Shown: positions 8,428 through 16,745, numbered from the stretch's first letter. The stretch: DNA of 24,000 nucleotides from Acidobacteriota bacterium (GCA_023410055.1 JAEYQK010000054.1:24758-48757), one strand, 5' to 3'. Notes: generated by a model not told the origin, from the sequence alone. Program-made: numbers and translations.

Positions 8428-9258
8428 CTACGGAATGCGCGCGGCCAGCTTCGTGGCTGCCGCGACCGCTTGTTGCGGATCAGGCATGTTCGCGTAGCCC
8501 GCGATGTAGCGACCCTTGCGGAAAATGCAGATTCCTTGCAGATACTGCGTGTTGGCCTGAAAAGCCTCGTCCGCAACCTGCGCGGCTGAAGACTCTGCAA
8601 AGCGTGTGCGCAGTTTATTCATGGTCTGCACCGCCGCTTCGACCGATGCTTCGGGGACGATGAACGCCTGCCCAACTTTGTACTTGGCAATGAACCCGCG
8701 CTTCAACTGACGCAGACCAAGAACACTCTCCGGCACCAGTCGCGACGAAGTCTGGTCTTCCTTCGGGAACCAGTCGAGCGCTTCCGGAAGCGTGCTCTGT
8801 CCTTGGAGATGCTCGTCGATCTTGGCCGCAAACGCCTTCAGCGCCGCGGTGTGGTCACCGTCAGGACTAGCGCCGATTTCTGCGTAGTACTTGCCCTTGG
8901 CGAAGGTCAGACGCCGCGGCTGCACCTGGCCAATCGTTCCGATCTTCGTCGTGGGCAGGTTCGGGTCAGCATTTGCCGCGAACATGCCATAGGCAAGATC
9001 GGGACTCTCCATCTCGGAGATGTCGATGACGAACGTGTTCGGACCAGACTTGCAGGTGATTCCCTGCATGCTGGTGAACGCGTAGAGCAGGTAGCCCTCG
9101 GCATTCCCGTCCATGTACTCGTAGAGCGTGTCGGGGGTGTAGTGGCGCGTCGTTCCGGACTGTTCCCAGCCCGGAACGAATTGACAACTGAGCGGCTCCT
9201 GCGCCGAAGCAACCGCTGCGATCAGCAGAACAAATGCTAACCAGAGGCCCTTTTTCAT
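8428..9258 (-). CDS. secreted protein of unknown function
   Basis: 276 aa with a Sec signal peptide (MKKGLWLAFVLLIAAVASAQEP). Its ATG overlaps the stop of the upstream reductase gene (ATGA at 9255-9258). No domain recognised. Confidence 0.8.
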   Translation of the reverse strand: MKKGLWLAFVLLIAAVASAQEPLSCQFVPGWEQSGTTRHYTPDTLYEYMDGNAEGYLLYAFTSMQGITCKSGPNTFVIDISEMESPDLAYGMFAANADPNLPTTKIGTIGQVQPRRLTFAKGKYYAEIGASPDGDHTAALKAFAAKIDEHLQGQSTLPEALDWFPKEDQTSSRLVPESVLGLRQLKRGFIAKYKVGQAFIVPEASVEAAVQTMNKLRTRFAESSAAQVADEAFQANTQYLQGICIFRKGRYIAGYANMPDPQQAVAAATKLAARIP

Positions 9259-10415
9259 GCGAACAGTTCCTCAGCGCGCTGCATCCGTGCCGAAACCCTT
9301 ACGCCCTGCGGACACTGCACGGTGCACCCAGCGCAGTCGCCACAGAGACTCGGAGCCTGCTCGGAAGAAATCACCTTGAAGTGCTCGCGGCCGAGTGCGT
9401 ACTGACCGTAGCCTTCGGCATACATAACTGACCGCAATACTTCGGCGACAGGCAATCCCTTCGCGCAAGTGCCTTCGCACTCTCCGCACATGTTGCAGTA
9501 GACAGGACGGATCAACTCACGCTGCGAAGCGAGCAGCTTGTTGTCCGATCCCGCGAACGGCTGCGCCATGGCCTTCAGGTTCTCGTCCAGTTGGTCCATG
9601 TCGGTCATGCTGGGGATGGTGGTGCCGATGTTCTTGTTCTTGAGCGTCCACTTGAGAGCCGACAGCATTGCCCCCTCGCGGCTAAGCTTCTCGCGAATCG
9701 CGTCGCCCGGACGCAGGCTGCGGAAGCCACCGGCCATGACCTTCATGGCCACGATTCCGATGCCGGCTTTGGTTGCCGTTTCAATCGCCGCATCCAGGCC
9801 GTCGGCCATCGAGAAGTTATAGCTGATGAGTGCCACGTCGAAGGCGCCCTTCTGCGCCATCCAGGGCAGCAATTCCTTCTGGCCGCTATGCGAGCTGACG
9901 CCGGCGAAGCGGATCTTACCTGCTTTCTTGGCGATCTGCTGCGCTTCGATCATATCGTCGCGAACGTCGGAGGGCGCGTTCTTGCCATGCAGATACCAGA
10001 TGTCGACGAAGTCGGTGCCGAGTTCTTTCAGGCTGGTATCGAGATCTTTCAGCAGGCTGTCTTTGTCCTTGGCTCCCGACTTGGTCGAAAGCACGATGTC
10101 CTTGCGCTTATTCTTGAGGGCGGCGCCGACCATGCGCTCGTTGTTGCCCTGCTGGTAAACGCGGGCGGTGTCAAAGTAAGTGATGCCGATGTCAGCGGCG
10201 CGCGTGATCACGCTAGGATCCGATGTGATCATGCAACCAAATCCGACACTAGTGACTTTCAGTCTAGTTCGACCGAGGGTTCGGTGCTCGAGTCTGACCT
10301 TAGAGTTAGCTGGTGCGGATACTGTCTTTTCGGTATCGAAGAACCCCAGTTTGGCTCCAATACCTGCAATCGGAAGGGCTAGCCCAGCAGAGAGAAAATC
10401 ACGTCGAGATTTCAT
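9255..10415 (-). CDS. Tat-exported aldo/keto reductase with C-terminal 4Fe-4S ferredoxin-like Cys clusters
   Basis: The probable start is M11 of the ORF (MKSRRDFLSAGLALPIAG, a twin-arginine motif). The AKR-like core contains GITYFDTARVYQQGNNERMVG and VDIWYLHG. The C-terminus carries CNMCGECEGTC and CGDCAGCTVQCP. Confidence 0.85.
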   Translation of the reverse strand: MKSRRDFLSAGLALPIAGIGAKLGFFDTEKTVSAPANSKVRLEHRTLGRTRLKVTSVGFGCMITSDPSVITRAADIGITYFDTARVYQQGNNERMVGAALKNKRKDIVLSTKSGAKDKDSLLKDLDTSLKELGTDFVDIWYLHGKNAPSDVRDDMIEAQQIAKKAGKIRFAGVSSHSGQKELLPWMAQKGAFDVALISYNFSMADGLDAAIETATKAGIGIVAMKVMAGGFRSLRPGDAIREKLSREGAMLSALKWTLKNKNIGTTIPSMTDMDQLDENLKAMAQPFAGSDNKLLASQRELIRPVYCNMCGECEGTCAKGLPVAEVLRSVMYAEGYGQYALGREHFKVISSEQAPSLCGDCAGCTVQCPQGVRVSARMQRAEELFA

Positions 10416-10477
10416 GAGGCACCTTAACTGAAAACAAAAGTACAATATAGGAGCACAGGTATCTTACTTCTGCCGCC

Positions 10478-11623
10478 GTGAGGATTACAGTGGATTTTTC
10501 GCGTAGACGTTTCTTCCATTTCGCCGGGGCCGGCGCAGGGCTCTTGCTTCAATCAAAAGTACTCAACGGGTTGACCTCCTCAGAGGTGGATTCGGGAAAG
10601 TCGACTCCGTCTAGCGCGAAGGGTTCCACTCCGGTTGCATCTCCACGCACGCAGGTAGCGCTCGTCAAAGGCGAGAACCGCCGCAAGAACATTGAGCAGG
10701 CGCTATTAACCATTGATAAACAGGTTCAGGCCGGACTCAAGGGCAAGAAGTACGTCATCATCAAGCCCAACAACGTCTCGACTGAGAACCAGCTGGCCTC
10801 AACCCACATCGACGCCATCTACGGCGTCCTTGACTATCTCGCACCCCGCTTCCGTGGTCCGGTGGTCGTTGCCGAATCCTCTGCCGGCGACACGCTTGAA
10901 GGCTTCGAGAGTTTCGGCTACCACGCGCTGGAGAAAGACAAATCGCAGAAGGTGACCCTGGTCGACCTCAATCGCGAGGACAAGTACGAGAGCGTAACCA
11001 TACTCGACTTCGACTTACACATCGCGCCTGTGCGGCTGGCCGCCCGCCTGTTTGATCCCGATGCGTACGTCATCTGCTGCGCGATATTGAAGTCGCATAA
11101 CGCCGCCATCGCCTCTCTGTCGGTGAAGAACATGGTGCTGGGCGCTCCACTGCACGGCCCCAACGGATGGCGCTCCTGGAATGACAAGCGCAAGTATCAC
11201 GCAGGCATTCGCCAGATGCACTACAACATGCTGGTGACGGCCGAGAAGATGCGTCCACATTGGGGCGTCGCCGTGATCGACGGCTTCGAGGGCATGGAAG
11301 GCAACGGTCCCACGCAGGGCGTCCCCGTGCAGTCGAGAATCGCTATCGCGTCCACGGACTTCCTTGCCGCCGATCGTGTCGGACTCGAAACCATGGGAGT
11401 CGATCCCGAATGGCCCGGCTATCTGACCTACTGCGCGAAGGTCGGTCTCGGACAGTATGATCTGTCGAAGATCGAGGTCGTCGGTCCGCCGATCGCTTCG
11501 GTACAGAAGAAGTACCGCCTGCACAACGACGTCGAGCGCCAGTTGCAGTGGAGAGGGCCGATGGAAGACCTGCCTCCGAGAATGGGCCGTTTGATGGACG
11601 AACAGAGCTTCAAGTACGTGTAG
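10478..11623 (+). CDS. Tat-signal DUF362 domain protein
   Basis: GTG start with the twin-arginine motif FSRRRFFHFAGAGAG. The core resembles the DUF362 family as I remember it (YVIIKPNN, AILKSHN, IDGFEGMEGNGP). It is divergent from the reductase gene across a 62-bp spacer. Confidence 0.8.
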   Translation: MRITVDFSRRRFFHFAGAGAGLLLQSKVLNGLTSSEVDSGKSTPSSAKGSTPVASPRTQVALVKGENRRKNIEQALLTIDKQVQAGLKGKKYVIIKPNNVSTENQLASTHIDAIYGVLDYLAPRFRGPVVVAESSAGDTLEGFESFGYHALEKDKSQKVTLVDLNREDKYESVTILDFDLHIAPVRLAARLFDPDAYVICCAILKSHNAAIASLSVKNMVLGAPLHGPNGWRSWNDKRKYHAGIRQMHYNMLVTAEKMRPHWGVAVIDGFEGMEGNGPTQGVPVQSRIAIASTDFLAADRVGLETMGVDPEWPGYLTYCAKVGLGQYDLSKIEVVGPPIASVQKKYRLHNDVERQLQWRGPMEDLPPRMGRLMDEQSFKYV

Positions 11624-11644
11624 GTGCTACTCGAAAAGAACTCT

Positions 11645-11681
11645 TAGGGTGCCCCATCCTTGCGCAGCAAGGGTGGGTTTT
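11645..11681 (+). repeat. REP family 1, copy 4
   Basis: TAGGGTGCCCCATCCTTGCGCAGCAAGGGTGGGTTTT. It has a 10-bp stem CCCATCCTTG/CAAGGGTGGG with loop CGCAG. Confidence 0.85.
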
Positions 11682-11879
11682 CTCAGCAGGTGACACTTCG
11701 ACACCATACCGGCGAAACGACACCCGTGAAGTTCGGCGATGCAACCGTCATGCGGAGCCCAGTGTTGGACTTTGTTCGTTTTCCACAAATCCTCATAACT
11801 CCTGCTGAATTCAACGGTTTTTTTTGATATAAGGTAAGCGAAGAAGATGCGCTTTGTTGTGATCGGAGGCTAGGAAGCC

Positions 11880-12998
11880 ATGGAAATCACCGTTAGCAAG
11901 TTCGACCTGCTCAAGGAACTCACGGCGACCCAGGGAGTGGTCGAGCGAAAGACCACCATCCCCATTTTGTCGAACTTCCTTTTTGAAGCCGCCGAAGACA
12001 AGTTGTCCATCACGGCCACTGACCTAGATCTCAGTCTGCGCACTTCGTGCCCCGCGAAGATCAAGAAAGACGGCTCCTGCACCATCCCGGCCCGCAAGCT
12101 CTACGATTACGTAAAGCTTCTTCCGGACGGCGACATCAGCATCAAGCTGCTTGACAATCATTGGGTCCAGATCCGTAGCGGACGTTCGAACACCAAGATG
12201 GTAGGCATGGCCCGCGCCAACTTCCCGAGCCTGCCAGCGTTCCCGACCGCGGGCGTCGTGAAGATCCCCGCGCAGATCCTGCGCACATTGATTGCCAAGA
12301 CTATCTTCGCCATCTCAAGCGAGGAATCCCGTTACACCCTGAGCGGCGCTCTTCTCGTACTGAAAGCTGAAGCCATCGCAATGGTCGCCACCGACGGGCA
12401 TCGTCTGGCGCACATCGAGAACACCACCGCGCGCTTCGACGGCATCAACGACATGCGCATCCTGGTGCCAAAGAAGGCGATGGCCGAGCTGAACTCGCTG
12501 CTGCAGTCTTCCGACGCCGAGACCATCGAGTTCGCCAAGGACGAATCGACGCTCTTTTTCCGCGTCGGTGGACGCCTGCTGACAGCACGCCAGTTGACGG
12601 GCCAGTTCCCGAACTACGAAGCGGTCCTGCCGCGCGACAACAATAAGATGGTCGTCGTGCACGGAGAAGATCTCAACAGCGCCATCCAGCGCGTCGCCCA
12701 GTTCGCCGACGAACGCTCCGGCGCCATCCGCCTGCGTCTGGACAAAAACGAGATTCGCATCTCGTCCTCTTCGACCGACACGGGCGAGTCCGAAGACTCG
12801 ATCGAGACGACGTTCGCGGGCGATCCGCTCGTAATCGGCTTCAACAGCCAGTACCTGCTCGACTTCCTGAAAGCCGCCAGCGGCAAGGACGTCCAGCTCG
12901 AATTCAAGGACCCGCAATCCGCCGGTCAACTCCGCCCCGCCGAAAACGGCGACGGCGACTTCAAGTACCGCTACGTCGTCATGCCTATGCGCATCTGA
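11880..12998 (+). CDS. dnaN: DNA polymerase III beta subunit (sliding clamp)
   Basis: 372 aa. MEITVSKFDLLKELTATQGVVERKTTIPILSNFLFEA... ends ...YRYVVMPMRI. GGAGG lies 10 nt upstream of the ATG. Confidence 0.95.
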   Translation: MEITVSKFDLLKELTATQGVVERKTTIPILSNFLFEAAEDKLSITATDLDLSLRTSCPAKIKKDGSCTIPARKLYDYVKLLPDGDISIKLLDNHWVQIRSGRSNTKMVGMARANFPSLPAFPTAGVVKIPAQILRTLIAKTIFAISSEESRYTLSGALLVLKAEAIAMVATDGHRLAHIENTTARFDGINDMRILVPKKAMAELNSLLQSSDAETIEFAKDESTLFFRVGGRLLTARQLTGQFPNYEAVLPRDNNKMVVVHGEDLNSAIQRVAQFADERSGAIRLRLDKNEIRISSSSTDTGESEDSIETTFAGDPLVIGFNSQYLLDFLKAASGKDVQLEFKDPQSAGQLRPAENGDGDFKYRYVVMPMRI

Positions 12999-13030
12999 CG
13001 CGTAGTTACATGATGGATCAGAATTTGTTC

Positions 13031-13064
13031 GTGTAGGGACGGGGCTGTGCCCCGTCCTTTTCGT
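13031..13064 (+). terminator. GTAG-headed GC hairpin, copy 2, followed by TTTTCGTT (probable dnaN terminator)
   Basis: The same 27-mer as 6781-6807, here followed by a T-run, starting 33 nt after the dnaN stop. Confidence 0.65.
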
Positions 13065-13120
13065 TCAGGAGAGATGAACCGCGAAGGTAACGCACTCCGC
13101 TTCTTGCCCGCGCCCAGTGG

Positions 13121-13211
13121 CCCCCCTCCCCCCGGGGGTATTCGTACCACTGATGATGTAAACGAGTTAGCTGCAAAAATCTGACTGATGCTGACTGGCG
13201 TTTGACTGACA
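13121..13211 (+). repeat. ~90-nt 3'-UTR element, copy A
   Basis: CCCCCCTCCCCCC...CACTGATGATGTAAACGAGTTAGCTGCAAAAATCTGACTGATGCTGACTG... The 50-nt core 13148-13197 matches the reverse complement of 16945-16994 with one mismatch by eye. Confidence 0.85.
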
Positions 13212-13407
13212 GCCGACGAGTGTCCCGGGCTCCGCCGTATCGCAGCAGAGCTACCAATTCGTCATCCAAAGCCGCCAACACAAATCGCGCCTAGTCGAGG
13301 AATTGTGTTCTTCGTAGTCACGATAGCACTGATTTGCGCGAAGCAAACAAGCGCCTGTGAAAATTCCGGAAAATGGAACAGAGGTTGGAACGCTGGCCTC
13401 CGGCCGG

Positions 13408-13600
13408 CTGTCGCGAGGACGTCTCGTCCTCGCCTGCCGCGACGAGATTCGCATCAGAAACACAGCCTCAGCCCGGGCGGTCCGAGCCGCGCAGCGGCGT
13501 GAGTTAACTAGCCGGGGGCGTAAGCCCCCGGTCCAACGTCGCAAATCAATCCGCGTCCCGCAAGGGACGGCACGAATTTAGCCCGGCACGCAGTGCCGGG
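13408..13600. repeat. cluster of distinct GC-rich hairpins (BIME-like array)
   Basis: 13413-13433: 9-bp stem GCGAGGACG/CGTCCTCGC. 13475-13487: GCCG-CGCAG-CGGC. 13512-13531: 8-bp stem with GTAA loop. 13554-13569: 6-bp stem with GCAA loop. 13582-13600: 7-bp stem with CGCAG loop. Spacers share AACGTCGCA(A/C)AT. Confidence 0.75.
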
Positions 13601-13700
13601 TAAACGTCGCACATGACAGGGAAGTCGTGGAGAGGCGCCGGAGGGTTGCGTATCGGTCGGAAATCTCGGCCTACCGGGTTCTATACATCCGTAATCCTGA

Positions 13701-13726
13701 GCGCAGCGAAGATCTGCGCGTTTTTT
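13701..13726 (+). terminator. intrinsic-terminator-shaped hairpin on the plus strand
   Basis: GCGCAG-cgaagat-CTGCGC-G-TTTTTT. On the minus strand the hairpin is preceded, not followed, by the homopolymer run, so it does not serve the ADOP gene. It is embedded in a family 2 REP-like sequence (GTAATCCTGAGCGCAGCGAAGATC). Confidence 0.45.
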
Positions 13727-13765
13727 CTGCGCCCGCCACAACGGCTACCTAGCATCTTGCGCACG

Positions 13766-16327
13766 TTATTCATTCCGCAATATAGCCACTATGTCCATTT
13801 TGACAATCGGGCGCGTGGCGGACCATACGCTTGCCGAAGCGATAGCAGCCAGGAAGAACAGGACGCTAACGGACGTCACTAAGCCAGCTGGCCTCGCTCC
13901 ATCTACTATCGCGCGCAACAAGTGCCCTGTGAGTTGTGCTCCAGCAATTCCAAGGACAGCGCTGGCCAAAACTACGAGCAATTCTCGTTTCAGTAGTATG
14001 GCTCGAAGATGTTCCGGCGTCGTACCGAGTGCCATCCGCACCCCAAGTTCCTGTTTTCTCTGAGTGATTGTGTGGGAAACGATTCCATACACACCGATTA
14101 CAGCCAGCAGGAGTGCAAATCCCGCGAAGAACCATACCGCAGTCCGATAGAACTTGGGGACAACGAAGGCCTCATCCAACCGCTGCTCCATAGTCTTTGC
14201 GCCGAACAAGGGGACTTCCGGGTCGACCGACTGGATGGTATCTCGAATCGCCGCAAGGTGATCTTCGGCTCGGCCATCCACGCGCACTACAAACGTCGAA
14301 AAGAAGCTGCCAGGAGCTGCAGACGGGATGAAGACCTGATTTCCATTTGCTGAATCAGACCCGTACTCCATTCCCCTCACGACGCCGATGATCTTCCACG
14401 AGGCGTCTTTGCCGATCGTTAGCTGATGCCCTATTGCATCCTTAGGCGCGCCATAGCCCGAGGCGAATCGCTCATTTACTACCGCAACTCTGGCGGCCGA
14501 GTGGACTTCGGCGTCCGTGAACTCGCGGCCATAGAGGACGCGTCCACCCATAGTCTGGAAATATCCTGACAAAACCGGGACAAGCCCGGAATTGCCTTTG
14601 GGTGCCCGTCCATCCATACCAAACGGACCACCAATGAAAGCTGTCGCGTAGAGCGGAAGAAATTCGGTTGCACTGGCGGAAAGGACGCCGCGCACTTTGC
14701 GCAAACGATCCAAAACGTTCTCGAAATATGGCAGTTGGTGTTTCTCCAACTGATGAGTAGTGCCTTCCAGCGAAACGCTTACCGTGACCAGGCCTCCGGC
14801 ATCGTAACCGCGATCGATCTTCATCAATTTGAGTAGCCCCTGCGCTAGCGATACCGAGCTTGCGAGGAAGACGACTGTGAGCATCACTTGTGCGCCGACC
14901 AGGCTCTCACGAATCCAACGCGAGCTTCGAACAGCAACCAGACTTCGTGAACCTGATATAACCGTCCGGCCCATGTATCGCACCGGCAGGATACTGCAGA
15001 TCAACGTCGTCGCTATGCAAACGAATGCCGTGAATGCGAGGACACGTCCGTCCAAAATGCAATATGACTGTGATCCCAGCGCAGGCGGTTCGACCTTCGC
15101 TGCAAGAGAACTCGTCCAGTACGCAACCGTCAAACCAGCCAGAGACGCCGCGAAAGAAAGCAAGAAGCACTCTGTTACTAACTGTCTTATCAGCCGGCCA
15201 CGGCTTGCCCCCAAAGCCGACCTTATGGACAGCTCCGGTGCACGATCAGCGGTTCGCGCAATCAGCAGATTCGCAATGTTCGTGCACGCAAGCAGCAGCA
15301 CGAGACACGTTGCGACCATGAACGTCAGCGAGGCTTTCTTCACTGGGCCTGCAAGCGCATCCTGAAGCGAGCTCATGCTCGCAGGTGGAAAGGCTTTGTC
15401 GACCCTGCCGAACTGCTGCGAAAGCCTTCCGGCCTCCAAATCGAAGGCGGCACGTGCTTGCTGCCATGAGGTGCCGGACTTCAATCGCGCCACAGTGGAC
15501 CAGCCATTATTCTCTGGTCTAAACGCGGCCGGCTTCCAGAGAACAGTCTTCCCGGGATAATCAAAGCCTGGTGGCGCAACACCAATGATCGTTAGCGGCA
15601 CCCCATCGATGCGGATGGTTGTGCCTAGGACGTTTCGATCACCTCCGAAAAGGTCTTGCCAGAGCCCATATCCGATAACAGCCACTGCATTGCGTCCCGG
15701 CGTTCCCCATCCGGTACCATTCACGTCATCTTGCGGAGCAAATCCGCGCCCCAATACGGGCGTCGAGCCAAGTACAGAGAAGAAATTCCCGGACGTCTGA
15801 GTTGCGTGCACACGGCTCGCACGGCCAGTTCCGCCAAGGTTCACGTCGAATTCCTCAAACAGCGCGGCGTCGTCGAGATACGCGCTCTGTTGCCGCCATT
15901 GATGAAATTCGATAGAAGTGTCATGTGGCGGAATGAATTCGCGCAGTCGGACAAGCCGCTCCGGTTCCTGAAATGGCAGGGCGCGCAATAGCCGTGCGTT
16001 CACCACGCTGAAAACACCTGTGGTCGCGCCGATGCCTATCGCGAGCGCACCAATAGCGAACGCCGTATGCCATGGACGGCACGCCCATATTCGAAGAGTG
16101 AATCGGACATCCTGCCGCAACTCATTCGTAAATTGCACGGGAATCGAAACCGCCAAATCGGCTACCAGTCTGATCCAAAGGGCAACAAAATCGAGAGGGC
16201 CTTTGCATTCGGCCAGTTCGTCGCAGAATTCCCGCTCTACTGCTCTGGCATAGTTCTCGCGAAACCCTGTCGGATAGAGCCTCAGCAGGCAGCGATACAG
16301 CATCACGGAAAGTCGTGCATCAGGCAT
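13766..16327 (-). CDS. ADOP-family permease (duplicated FtsX / MacB-like periplasmic domain ABC-type permease)
   Basis: ORF 13766..16447. The likely start is M41 (ATG 16327, MPDARLSVMLYRCLLRLYPTGFRENY...), overlapping the padR stop by 8 nt. There are two MacB-like/FtsX halves with multiple TM segments, and no ATPase gene is adjacent. A PadR regulator next to an orphan duplicated permease is the acidobacterial ADOP arrangement. Confidence 0.85.
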   Translation of the reverse strand: MPDARLSVMLYRCLLRLYPTGFRENYARAVEREFCDELAECKGPLDFVALWIRLVADLAVSIPVQFTNELRQDVRFTLRIWACRPWHTAFAIGALAIGIGATTGVFSVVNARLLRALPFQEPERLVRLREFIPPHDTSIEFHQWRQQSAYLDDAALFEEFDVNLGGTGRASRVHATQTSGNFFSVLGSTPVLGRGFAPQDDVNGTGWGTPGRNAVAVIGYGLWQDLFGGDRNVLGTTIRIDGVPLTIIGVAPPGFDYPGKTVLWKPAAFRPENNGWSTVARLKSGTSWQQARAAFDLEAGRLSQQFGRVDKAFPPASMSSLQDALAGPVKKASLTFMVATCLVLLLACTNIANLLIARTADRAPELSIRSALGASRGRLIRQLVTECFLLSFAASLAGLTVAYWTSSLAAKVEPPALGSQSYCILDGRVLAFTAFVCIATTLICSILPVRYMGRTVISGSRSLVAVRSSRWIRESLVGAQVMLTVVFLASSVSLAQGLLKLMKIDRGYDAGGLVTVSVSLEGTTHQLEKHQLPYFENVLDRLRKVRGVLSASATEFLPLYATAFIGGPFGMDGRAPKGNSGLVPVLSGYFQTMGGRVLYGREFTDAEVHSAARVAVVNERFASGYGAPKDAIGHQLTIGKDASWKIIGVVRGMEYGSDSANGNQVFIPSAAPGSFFSTFVVRVDGRAEDHLAAIRDTIQSVDPEVPLFGAKTMEQRLDEAFVVPKFYRTAVWFFAGFALLLAVIGVYGIVSHTITQRKQELGVRMALGTTPEHLRAILLKRELLVVLASAVLGIAGAQLTGHLLRAIVDGARPAGLVTSVSVLFFLAAIASASVWSATRPIVKMDIVAILRNE

Positions 16328-16682
16328 GCCTGGGCACTCCGAACCTGGCCGCAGCCAACTCCACCAACTCGCGCATCCTGGACGCTTCTGCCTGGGCCAC
16401 CTTGCGGCCACTCGGCGTGATCCGATAATACCGACGACGTTCGTCATCGAGATGCGGGTCCGGGCGGTTTTCGGACTCCTCCACTAATCCAAGCTCCAAC
16501 AATTTGTTGATCGATCCGTAGAGAACGCCCGGGCCGAGATTCAGTTTTCCGCCGGTGCGCTCCCTGATCTCGCGCTTAATCGCGTATCCGTGTCGTTCGC
16601 CTGCGCCCAAGGAAAGAAGGATGTGGAACATGGCAGGGGAAAGAGGCACGATCTCTGAAGCGGAATCATCAGCGTTCGACAT
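16320..16682 (-). CDS. PadR family transcriptional regulator
   Basis: 120 aa with a winged-helix PadR signature: GERHGYAIKREIRERTGGKLNLGPGVLYGSINKLLELGLVE...RRYYRITPSGRK. Confidence 0.9.
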   Translation of the reverse strand: MSNADDSASEIVPLSPAMFHILLSLGAGERHGYAIKREIRERTGGKLNLGPGVLYGSINKLLELGLVEESENRPDPHLDDERRRYYRITPSGRKVAQAEASRMRELVELAAARFGVPRHA

Positions 16683-16745
16683 ACTAGTACATAATCAGAC
16701 ATAGTAGTACCGATGTCAATCCATTTTACAGACGGCTGGCTATTG

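Noticed and set aside
9591-10382. Plus-strand 263-aa ORF.
   Set aside because: It is antisense to the aldo/keto reductase, whose Tat signal, AKR motifs and Cys clusters support the minus-strand frame.
11779-11787. oriC near dnaN and mnmG.
   Set aside because: I found only one 8/9 DnaA-box match. CTTTCCACA near 19351 matches only 7/9. There is no box cluster or clear AT-rich unwinding element, so an origin cannot be supported.
12315-12929. Minus-strand 204-aa ORF.
   Set aside because: It is antisense to dnaN.
13149-13155. Hammerhead ribozyme core (CTGATGA) inside the ~90-nt element.
   Set aside because: No stem II followed by GAAA is present in the required arrangement, and the heptamer is not conserved in copy C (CTGACGA).
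13151-13210. Idea that the TGA-rich CTGACTGA units, and the period-7 TAG units at 18570-18640, act as three-frame stop blocks.
   Set aside because: Stops do fall in all three frames at these two loci. However, the heptad repeat at 23559-23616 contains no stops, the 18102-18129 heptads cover only two of the three mRNA-strand frames, and stops in all frames over 60 nt of non-coding DNA is not unusual. The idea does not explain the whole class.
13408-13727. Possible CRISPR array, given the multiple hairpin repeats.
   Set aside because: The hairpins differ from one another, spacing is irregular, no repeat-spacer periodicity exists, and no cas genes are in the window.
16328-16447. A 40-codon N-terminal extension of the ADOP ORF (MTNVVGIIGSRR...).
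   Set aside because: It overlaps the 3' end of padR in another frame. The internal ATG at 16327 gives the usual short overlap with padR and an N-terminus (MPDARLSVMLYRCLLRLYP...) that looks like the family.
16683-16720. Possible PadR operator just upstream of padR (TAGTAC...TAGTAGTAC).
   Set aside because: The repeats are direct rather than the inverted ATGT/ACAT-type half-sites I remember for PadR regulators, which is too weak to call.
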